DNA of 11,766 nucleotides from Octopus sinensis (GCF_006345805.1 NW_021826881.1:1-11766); one strand, 5' to 3'. Counted from the first letter of the stretch, positions 1-8,406 are shown. Notes: a model not told the origin generated them from the sequence alone. Numbers and translations: made by a program.

Positions 1-925
1 GCCAACCGTAAGCTATATTTATTGCTTTAATGAAACCGGCCGTATCTGTTCTATGTCATTACAATTGTAGATATACCGCATGTTTTAACCAGGCTACCTT
101 GGGTATATTCTATGCTTTAATTCAACCAATCATAGCTATTCTGTCATACTAGCCAAACATAACATCATGTTTAACCTACCAGCCATATACTTTTATCCAA
201 CAAAGTAAAAATATTGCATATCTTAGCAAATCAACTACAGATATATATCTGTGATGTTGTGATGTAATCAACCAACCGTAGCTATATTTATGCTTTAATC
301 TAACGAAGCATAACTATTCCAGCCATAGCGTATTGTTTTAACCAGGCAATTATATATTTTTATCCAACCAACCAAAATTTTTGCATATCTTAACAAACCA
401 ACATTAGTTATGTTATGTTTTTACCAACCAACAGTTGATGTATTCATGTATAAAGCAACCGATTATAGCTAGTCTGTCTAATCAAAGCCGCTATTGCGAT
501 GTTGTGTTTTAACCAGCAAAACATGCTTTAATCTACCCAACTATTTGTACGCCTTAATACACTGCTGTACAGCATGATTAAACCAACCAACCGTAGCTAT
601 ATTTTTATTATAACCTACGTTGTCTTGAGAATCCATAGCGATATTGTGTTTTAAATAGTCAACCGTGAAACTTAATCCAATCAACCATAGCTTTTCTGTC
701 TTATTGTATATCTTAATACAAAACTATACAGCATGATTTAACCAACCAACCGTAGCTATATTTTTATTATAACCTACGTTGTCTTATGAATCCACAGCGA
801 TATTGTATTTTAAACACTCAACCGTGAAACTTAATCCAATCAACCACAGCTTTTCTGTCTTAACATGTCAACTGTAGTTATATCACATCGCTATTCTGTT
901 ATAATAAGCCAAGCATAGTTATGCT
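1..925. repeat. Degenerate satellite/minisatellite built from a ~30-bp monomer (approx. TTAACCAACCAACCRTAGCTATATT), with higher-order duplications
   Basis: Variants of (A)CCAACCGTAGCTATATTT and AACCATAGCT recur at about 2, 272, 587, 683, 746 and 842. Segments 186-235 and 353-402 are also similar to each other. The array probably begins before the window. Confidence 0.75.
545..862. repeat. 159-bp direct tandem duplication (545-703 / 704-862)
   Basis: Ungapped alignment by hand gives 15 mismatches in 159 bp (~91% identity). Confidence 0.92.
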
Positions 926-1194
926 AAATATTTCGTGCTATCACCTTTTGTGTTATTTTGGTTTCAGGCTTTGTTTATCAAAGCCATTTCGTTCCGCCTT
1001 TCATCAATAAGTGTATGACATTCTATTATAATAAACCTTTTTCTCTATATTCCTTCTTTTTCCTTTTACCGACCTTTTATCTTTTTCATTTTATCTTATT
1101 TATTATTTATTTCACTTTCTCTGTTGAAGCTATTTCATTAATGCGATATCAATCCGCCACGTGATGGGTGGTCAGGAATTTTAAAACAAGCTAA

Positions 1195-1400
1195 ACGTGT
1201 GTGAGGTGGGGGAAGGGGCAGTGTGCATATGTGTGTTTGTATGTATGTGTATGCGTGCGTGCGTGCGTGCGTATATAGGATAGTGCTTATGTATTTGGTG
1301 CATGTGTCTATAGAGATTACATGCCTGCGTATATATGATTTCGTGTATATATATATATATATATAAATTGTATATACACACATGCATACGTACATATATG

Positions 1401-1431
<31 letters not shown>

Positions 1432-1518
1432 GTGTGTATTATATATGTGTGTATATAATATATGTGTGTATATATATGTGTGTATATATATGTGTGTGTG
1501 TATATCTATATATATATG

Positions 1519-1582
<64 letters not shown>

Positions 1583-1590
1583 CATATGTA
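1195..1590. repeat. Compound (TG)/(CGTG)/(TATG)/(TA)n microsatellite, with pure (TA)27 at 1523-1576
   Basis: Read directly from the sequence. It explains the YIYIYI ORFs. Confidence 0.95.
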
Positions 1591-2150
1591 AAAAGTAAGA
1601 GGGAAGGAAAGAATGATAATAATACAACGGGCAATGTTTTGCTGTTGGGTCAAATGCTAAGTTAGACTGCCATAATGACCCAGTGATTAATGGATTAAGA
1701 GGGATTAAGATGTGCTAAGGAACAGCTTCAGTCACGAGACTACGATATTTCACTCCGACAACTGAAAGGTCCCTTGCTTCTCCCTTTTCATAGCCGTACA
1801 TTTTCTTCTCCCCACCCCCACTCTCTCTGATCCTTATTCTCTTTTTATATATACATGCGTGCGCGCGCGTGTGTGTGTGTATGTGTGAATACATATATGA
1901 AATATTTATGTCTGCATATGGTAAGATTTGTTTTTATGTTGGGTTATAATAAATCCAATATTACATTAATATGATGGGTTTCTCTATATTTTTGTAGAAC
2001 ACAAATTTATTATTCTTAAGCAAGAGTTTTACTGTCAGTGACTTCGAAGTTTCGACCAATTTAGCCATCGCCCGATGAAAGTTGAAGACGAACAGGTTAA
2101 CAGGCCAAAGCTGTTGAACTCACTATCAATGACATTCTTGTTTAAGAATA

Positions 2151-2158
2151 ATAGATAG

Positions 2159-2199
<41 letters not shown>

Positions 2200-2222
2200 A
2201 GAGAGAAGAGAGAGAGAGAGAG

Positions 2223-2277
<55 letters not shown>

Positions 2278-2342
2278 CAGATAAATAGATATATAGAAGA
2301 TAGATACATACGTACGTACGTACATACGTACGTAGATAGATA
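2151..2342. repeat. Compound (GATA)n/(GA)n microsatellite
   Basis: Read directly from the sequence. Confidence 0.95.
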
Positions 2343-2435
2343 GGCATGTGTGTGTATGTTTGTGCATCTGTGTATGTATATATATTTTTTTATATAAGTA
2401 TGATATAAATCTATAAAATACATGCATACATACAT

Positions 2436-2483
2436 ACAACACATACACACACACACACGCGCACGCACACACACACACACACA
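2436..2483. repeat. Interrupted (CA)n microsatellite
   Basis: Read directly from the sequence. Confidence 0.9.
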
Positions 2484-2720
2484 CCTCAAGATTAAGACTA
2501 AGACGACAACCGTTTGATAAAGTCCTCAGTATATACAACAATGTGGAATTTAATTACTTGTATTCGCATATCGGCTTCCAATTCAATTAAATGTTTCAAT
2601 CTTGTTCTTCGAGCTCTCGTCAATACTATAACACGATATACATACGTACGCACATACACATATACACACACACATATGTATGTATGTATAACACATATAC
2701 CATTCAGATACTTGTATCGT

Positions 2721-2774
2721 CTCCCCTGAGGACGATTCAAAGTGGAACTTGAAACGGTTAATTCAGTCGTGGAG
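2721..2774 (+). ncRNA. Degenerate type I hammerhead ribozyme motif
   Basis: CTCCC-CTGAGGA(2726-2732)-CGATTCAAAGTGGAACTT-GAAA(2751-2754)-CGGTTAATTCAG-TC-GTGGAG. The core CUGANGA, GAAA and GUC triplet are in the correct order. Helix I is CTCC/GGAG; helices II and III are imperfect. Confidence 0.5.
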
Positions 2775-2881
2775 CTAATATCCTTCTATATTTCGTTTCC
2801 TGTACAACTTAACTCTTTTCATTTTATTGTCCCACTGTGCACGCACTTGTTCTCTTCTACACAAACTTAAGCACAAACACA

Positions 2882-2883
<2 letters not shown>

Positions 2884-2937
<54 letters not shown>

Positions 2938-2951
2938 CACACACACACACA
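2884..2951. repeat. (CT)~25 followed by short (CA)n
   Basis: Read directly from the sequence. Confidence 0.95.
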
Positions 2952-3141
2952 CGTACATATCCACTCACGAGTAGGTATTATACTAAACTTTTACTATGGA
3001 ATATATCCGTTAATATATATATATATATATACATATATATACCGGAGTAAACACATAAATGTGAAACAAGGTGGAAAAAAGAGTACTCGAATACCAGTGG
3101 TAGAGTAATATGCTTTATTTAAAGCAGCAGAAAATTCAACT

Positions 3142-3187
3142 AAACCTGTTACTCTGAGTTTCACGTTGCCGTTCGTCGGATAGTTTT
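3142..3187 (-). ncRNA. Minimal type I hammerhead ribozyme motif, core variant CCGACGA (U4C)
   Basis: Minus strand reads AAAACTAT-CCGACGA-ACG GCAA CGT-GAAA-CTC A GAG-TA-ACAGGTTT. Helix II is 3 bp with a GNRA loop, helix III is ACTC/GAGT, the triplet is GUA, and helix I pairs at 6 of 8 positions. Confidence 0.6.
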
Positions 3188-3226
3188 TACTAGAATAGAA
3201 CCGATATGTCAATTCTATCCAGACTA

Positions 3227-3227
<1 letters not shown>

Positions 3228-3265
<38 letters not shown>
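3228..3265. repeat. (TA)19 microsatellite between the two minus-strand hammerhead modules
   Basis: Read directly from the sequence. Confidence 0.95.
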
Positions 3266-3268
<3 letters not shown>

Positions 3269-3387
3269 TTAGATTCAGATGAATATGGTACTTATGTTGA
3301 GGCACTAGAATTTAGTATGGTATTATACTTACAATTTCAAAATAAGGTGATTAAAATCAAAAGAAGCAACAACGACATCCAGAGGTA

Positions 3388-3481
3388 ATGCAGTACGATC
3401 GTTTCATGCGACTCCATTTAACTGAACAATGCAATCATTTCATTACATCAATTTAAAATGCAGAGCAATCTTCAGCTGCAC
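3388..3481 (-). ncRNA. Type I hammerhead ribozyme with extended helix II (Penelope-like/retrozyme type)
   Basis: Minus strand reads GTGCAG-CTGAAGA(3475-3469)-63-nt hairpin-GAAA(3405-3402)-CGATCG-TA-CTGCAT. Helix I TGCAG/CTGCA is perfect, the core is intact, helix III is the palindrome ACGATCGT, and the triplet is GUA. Predicted cleavage is between 3394 and 3393. Confidence 0.8.
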
Positions 3482-3630
3482 AAAGACATAGAATTTAATT
3501 AAATTGGAAGGACACATTAGTATAATTTTACCCAAAATCTCCAAGAGGATAAGGAGATAGACAAAAGACATGTTTTAACAACAACATATATATATACACG
3601 CACATCCATATGTACATTCATATATGTAAA

Positions 3631-3662
<32 letters not shown>

Positions 3663-3761
3663 CTCACATGTATATCACTTTTCTGTCTCTGACGTATTGT
3701 ACCTACAAATCAAACTTCTCTAACATTTTACTTTATTCTAAACTTCTTTCTTCATTCCCCC

Positions 3762-3764
3762 CTC

Positions 3765-3804
<40 letters not shown>
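3762..3804. repeat. (CT)n microsatellite
   Basis: Read directly from the sequence. Confidence 0.9.
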
Positions 3805-3813
<9 letters not shown>

Positions 3814-3972
3814 ATCATTCTTTCCCTCTGTCTCTGCGAAGTACGTACGTAAATGTGTGTATGTATTGCAAATTTGTGTACGGTTATATCTATGTGAACA
3901 TGCGTACGTATAGCCCCGTATAAGTGGTTGTACCTGTGTGTCTTTATATGTAGATACATTGACAAACACTCT

Positions 3973-4205
3973 CACACACACACACACACACACGCACACA
4001 TACATACACAGAGACAGACAGACAGACAGACTGATAGATAGATAGATGGACAGACAGACAGACAGGTAGGTAGGTAGGTAGGTAGACAAATAAGTAGATA
4101 GACAGATAGGTAGATAGACAGAATGATAGACAGAATGATAGAGAGAGATTATTAGATAGAAATATAGATAGACAGATAGAAAGATAGATAGATAGATAGA
4201 TAGAT
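3973..4205. repeat. Compound (CA)n/(GACA)n/(GGTA)n/(GATA)n microsatellite
   Basis: Read directly from the sequence. Confidence 0.95.
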
Positions 4206-4347
4206 GAATATGAACCCAGCAACTTAAAGCTGATTTGACTGCAGAAGCGTACGTCGTGATCTGCTATTAAAGCGTGTTAATTTCCGTTTACGTGTATTAC
4301 ATATATATACATACACACATATATATACGTATGTATATATGTATGTA

Positions 4348-5625
4348 CGTTGGGCGTTCAATAAGTAATGCCCCTGACCCACTTCCCATAGCAGTAGAGC
4401 AACGAAACTTAGCACAGTTATTAGTCTTTTTCTACATAGGAACCACCCAGAGTTACGCATTTCTCCCATCGTTTGATGCGGCTCTGGAGACCGTTTTTGT
4501 AGAAGACCCCAGCTTGGTCCTCCAACCACGACGTGACTTCAGAAATCAAGACTGCATCATCTGGGAAACGCTTTCCTTTCAAAAACAACATCATGGCTGG
4601 GAAGAGGTGAAAATCAGAGGGTGCAAGGTCAGGAAAGTAGGGGGGATGGGGAGGAGTTCATAACCGCACGCCTGTGCTTCTGATCTGGCGACAAGCGAGT
4701 TGTAGACCGGAGCGTTGTCCTGCAGGAGGAGGATGCCTTTGCTGATCTTGCCCCGCCTCTTGATTTTGATAACTTCTCTTAATTTCCTCAAAAGTGAAGC
4801 ATAATAGGCTCCTGCAATTGTGGTACCCTTTGCCAGGAAATCTGTCATCACTACTCCGTCCTGGTCCCAGAAGACTGTGAGCATGACCTTGCCAGCGGAG
4901 GGCTGCACCCTTGCCTTCTTTGGAGGGGGTGAGTCACGGTGCTTCCACTGCATTGACTGGGCTTTGGTCTCTGGATCATCGTGGTGGACCCAGGTTTCAT
5001 CCTGTGTAATCAGTCTTTTGAAAAATTTTGACTCATCTTCTTGGCACATCTCCAAATTTACCCTCGAGCATTCGACGCGTTCTTGCTTCTGGAAAAGCGT
5101 GAGCAACCTGGGAATCCATCTGGCAGACACCTTTTGCATATGCAAATGGTCATGAATGATAGTTTCCACAGACCCGGTACTAATCTTGACCTCATGGGCT
5201 ATTTGGCGAATAATTATGCGTCGATCTTCCAAAATGGCAGCCTCAACTTGACGGACAGATGCCTCATCAATGGCAGAAGGGGGCGACCAGATGTGGGAGC
5301 TGTTTCCACAGAGTTCCGACCATGTTTGAATTCACGATGCCAGCGTTTTACAAGGTCATATGATGGGGCATCATCACCATAAGTTACTTTCATTTCATCA
5401 AAAGTCTCCTGTGGTGTGCGTCCTTTCAAATACAAAAACCGGATCACTGCTCGACACTCAACAGGCTCCATTTCACACTTGACTCGGTTCAAACACCTGT
5501 AAATCAGAAACCACAATTAATTCAGAGCTGTAATTTGCCACTTACTCTATAGAGATATAAATGATTGCACATGCTAGATCAAACAACTTTGTGGGTCAGA
5601 GGCATTACTTATTGAACGTCCCTCG
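4348..5625 (-). mobile_element. Full-length mariner (Tc1/mariner, D,D34D) DNA transposon, 1278 bp, probably irritans subfamily
   Basis: 35-bp TIRs at 4348-4382 (CGTTGGGCGTTCAATAAGTAATGCCCCTGACCCAC) and 5591-5625 (reverse complement CGAGGGACGTTCAATAAGTAATGCCTCTGACCCAC) are 31/35 identical. TA target duplication at 4346-4347 and 5626-5627. An internal transposase is present. The subfamily is inferred from the CGAGGG TIR start, WIPRLL and the YVEK C-terminus. Confidence 0.96.
4421..5471 (-). pseudogene. Mariner transposase, 350 aa when two 1-nt deletions are restored
   Basis: ATG at 5471 (MEPVECRAVIRFL...SGRP HTH region), ARWIPRLL, TQDETW, QDNAP, HPPYFPDLAPSD with D34D spacing counted, ending RWEKCVTLGGSYVEKD* at 4421. 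Frameshifts fall in G runs at 5279-5283 and 4648-4651. No internal stop remains after correction. Confidence 0.93.
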
Positions 5626-5629
5626 TATG

Positions 5630-5666
<37 letters not shown>

Positions 5667-5679
5667 GTGTGTGTGTATA

Positions 5680-5754
<75 letters not shown>

Positions 5755-5799
5755 ATATATATATATATGTATATATATGTATATATATATGTGTGTGTG
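5626..5799. repeat. Long interrupted (TA)n/(TG)n microsatellite; a similar tract at 4298-4347 flanks the other side of the mariner
   Basis: Read directly from the sequence. The mariner sits at a TA within this tract. Confidence 0.95.
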
Positions 5800-5898
5800 C
5801 AGCCAATTGTGGTGGTTCTGCAGGGTCGGTGTACACCTACAGGTATCATATTATTACTCATAATGTTGAGGACAAGCACCCAATAACGCTTTTAAACG

Positions 5899-6055
5899 TT
5901 GGCACAAGGACAATAAACTTATGTATGAAACTTATGTATCTGGTATCTGTGATATCGACCTTGGAAAGATGAAAGGCACGCTTTGAATTGGTAACGTAAA
6001 TGAGAATTATCTAAACCCCGTGAGGCATTTTGAGCGATGTTTCACCGTTTCGGCT
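5899..6055 (-). mobile_element. Degenerate SINE copy (same family as 7223-7338)
   Basis: The reverse complement of 5940-5978 (GCCTTTCATCTTTCCAAGGTCGATATCACAGATACCAG) resembles the start of 7223-7338 (GCCTTTCACCCTTTCGGAGTCGACAGAATAAGTACTAA). TTGGCACAAGG near 5899 corresponds to CCTTAAGCCAA near 7311. Boundaries are approximate. Confidence 0.6.
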
Positions 6056-6156
6056 ATTTAAATTGCTTGGCACTCGCAAAATACAGCAAATTCCAATTAC
6101 AACAGTTCTTGAGAAATTGGTTGCTTGCTTGTGCAGTAACATGTGAATAATATAGA

Positions 6157-6387
6157 GGCGCAAGCATGGTTGTGTGGTTAAGAAGGTCGCTTTCCAACGA
6201 CGTGATTTGGGGTTCTGTCCTACTACGCGGCAGCTTGGACAAGAGCTTTCCTTCTATAGCTTTGGGTCAACAAACACTTTGTGAGTGAATTTGGTTAATA
6301 GAAACAGTGTAGATGCCATTGTATGTTTGTGTCTATGTGAGTGCACAAACATACCGCTTGACAGCTGTTGTTGGTTTGTTTGCGTCA
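6157..6387 (+). mobile_element. tRNA-derived SINE (CORE-like), degenerate
   Basis: GGCGC start, A-box TGGTTGTGTGG (6167-6177), B-box-like GGTTCTGTCC (6211-6220), then CORE-like GCTTGGACAAG. The head matches the minus-strand copy at 10846-10883. The 3' end is approximate. Confidence 0.7.
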
Positions 6388-6579
6388 CATCTGACCACCT
6401 GTGATCAAAGCTCGCAAATCTGGTCACTTGACCTGCACAAGGTTGCCCTGACACTCAACGGACATGAGGCTCCTACGTGATCCAGTGAAATGACAGTTAA
6501 ATATACCTCAGATTACTCCCAAACGTCTCAGAGATGAAGTACGCATTTGGATAATATAATGATGGATGTACTGTGCTTA

Positions 6580-6830
6580 GTAAAAATGTGGTGGTCACAT
6601 CTGGAGTGCCTCTGCTCATATGTGGCAGATCTCTTCGATTGGGTGGATAATGTAGTCTTAGAATGTACTCTGCTAAAGGAAAAGAAATACGAGACTGAAT
6701 GGTCACGTGTGGAGTGTCTGTCATCGTAGACTGCAGATTTGTTCGATCCTGACTGACATTGTGGCTTTGGAATGAATTCAGTCTGGGAAAAAGACGGGAC
6801 GGCCATGTTTGAAATGTCTTTGATCATAGG
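6580..6830 (+). repeat. Three degenerate copies of a ~45-bp motif (AAAA...TGGTCAC.T.TGGAGTG.CT.T..TCRTAG)
   Basis: Similar segments at about 6580-6623, 6695-6729 and 6786-6830. Probably old interspersed-repeat tails. Confidence 0.4.
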
Positions 6831-6944
6831 TCAAAAGTTGGGTGAATTCGATACGGACCGGAACTATGCCACAGAGAAATACCGTAAGGTCATATCTCCT
6901 ATTCTTGACCATGGCTAGTACATTTGTTCGATTTGGAGCAAATA

Positions 6945-7225
6945 TTGGGTTGGCAACTAAGTTCCCGCTGTTTTTCTTAAATTTAATAGAAAATAACAAC
7001 TAATTAATCAATAATGTATTCACCCTTGTTTACAACTTCTTCCCAACGTTTAGCAAGATTTTCAATACCTCGTTGGTCGAAATCACCTGATTTCGACTCG
7101 AAAAATTGATCAAACCAAGCTTTCTGCATCAGTATTGAACGAAACGCGTATAGCATTTGAAAGGGGTGGAAATCCGTTGGTGCCAAATCAGGAGAGGACG
7201 ACGGGAGTAGCAGCACTTCCTAGCC
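6945..7225 (-). mobile_element. 3'-terminal fragment of a second mariner (mellifera-like TIR), decayed
   Basis: TA at 6943-6944 followed by TTGGGTTGGCAACTAAGTTCCCGCTG. Minus-strand translation is G*EVLLLPSSSPDLAPTDFH...FFESKSGDFDQRGIENLAKRWEEVVNKGEYIID* (stop at 7004-7006). The internal segment SNAIRVSFNTDAE lies in another frame, indicating compensating indels. Confidence 0.88.
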
Positions 7226-7338
7226 TTTCACCCTTTCGGAGTCGACAGAATAAGTACTAACTGAACACGGCGGTCGATGTAATCGACTTAACCCTCCCTT
7301 AAAATTTTGGCCTTAAGCCAAAATATGAAACCAATATT
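7223..7338 (+). mobile_element. 3' half of a SINE (GCCTTTCA...GTCGA...AAGTAC...GGTCGATGTAATCGACT)
   Basis: Similar to the reverse complement of 5899-5978, with an internal GTCGAT/ATCGAC hairpin. The family assignment rests on my recall of abundant octopus SINEs. Confidence 0.65.
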
Positions 7339-7809
7339 GTTGATTTGAATTCATTCTGCCTACGAGATAGTCAAGCCGTGATGTGGCGTGGAACGAGCCG
7401 GGGTGAGCTGGGCTGTACCGTGGTGCATGGGTGTGTGGCCCGCAGAGTGAGAGGCCACTCTATATATGGTTTTATGCTGTAGTCCAAGGTATGATACATA
7501 TATGAAAGGAAACGGCCGATTTTGGTTATCTCATAGAACTGCTAAATCCCACGCTACGCCAATGTGATCACAGCGAGAATACGTTTGATAATAGGTTCGT
7601 AGATCTACTCTGCGAGAGTCAGCCTAGTGCTAAGCAACAACTCTAGCCACAGAAACATCCGACTCTATATAAAACTCAAACAAAAATACAGATATATCAA
7701 ACACCATACAACATAAGTCCTTGCTTTAATCGAATTATCTCCGTCTCTAAGGAATCTATCATGACCAAGTAGCAATTAAGATCAGATCTACTTGAGAAGG
7801 TGATGCTGT

Positions 7810-8021
7810 TCTCTTGAGTCGTAAAACTCATAGAGGCCGGTTGCGCTTTTCTACAGCAGGACGTCAGTCCGTCGCAGGGTCACATTTACAGCTGAGTGGA
7901 GTGCAGCAACGTGAAATAAAGTGTTTGCTCAAGAATACAATGCACCGCCCTGTCCGGGAATCGAAACTACTATCTTGCGATCGTAAGTAGCTACAGCCTA
8001 ACCACAAGGCCACATGTCTTC
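7810..8021 (-). mobile_element. tRNA-derived CORE-type SINE
   Basis: Minus strand has A-box TGGCCTTGTGG (8012-8002) and B-box GTTTCGATTCC (7967-7957), followed by CORE-like TTCTTGAGCAAACACTTTATTTCACGTTGCTGCACTCCACTCAGCTGTAAATG. The 3' end is approximate. Confidence 0.75.
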
Positions 8022-8301
8022 ACGAAGGCCGAGCTTATTGTCAGGAGATAAGAGACCTGTAGTGGACACGTGTTTCTGGCTGCGACACACACACAATGAG
8101 CCAAAGAAAACAACTATTTATATTCTCAGTTATGCTATCTTTGAATTTACCAACCACATTGCTTTTACAAAAGATCTCAATTTTAGCACAGTTTGCCTCC
8201 CATAATCATCTGTGGTGGCACACCTCTACCTAATAGCTATTGCGTCAACCATCGTTGAAGAACTGGCATCTACAGCAGATGGAGCAAATACTACTTCTGC
8301 C

Positions 8302-8317
8302 GCTACTGCTGCTGCTG

Positions 8318-8406
<89 letters not shown>

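Noticed and set aside
1-925. CRISPR-like array
   Set aside because: The repeats are degenerate and contiguous without unique spacers, the context is eukaryotic, and no cas genes are present.
1719-1770. Type II-like hammerhead on minus (GAAA-TATCGTA-GTC-TCGTGA-CTGAAGC)
   Set aside because: A9 is replaced by C, and helices I and III are too weak. It may be part of an interspersed repeat (1590-1790), but I cannot support that.
1138-4222. Many ORFs rich in YI, CV, LS or HT dipeptides
   Set aside because: They are translations of microsatellites and show no domain signal.
4591-5232. Host SETMAR-like gene
   Set aside because: There is no SET domain, and the ORF lies inside TIRs with a TA duplication, so it is a transposon.
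4224-5382. ORFs 4224-4529 (-), 4274-4663 (+), 4820-5155 (+) and 5041-5382 (+)
   Set aside because: They are alternative-frame or antisense shadows of the mariner transposase.
6157-6230. Genuine tRNA genes (also considered at 7950-8021 and 10826-10883)
   Set aside because: A/B boxes are present but there is no convincing cloverleaf, and the first two continue into SINE bodies.
7365-7495. GC-rich candidate exon ending at CAAG/GTATGA
   Set aside because: Stop codons interrupt the frames examined and no protein is recognisable. It is more likely decayed repeat sequence.
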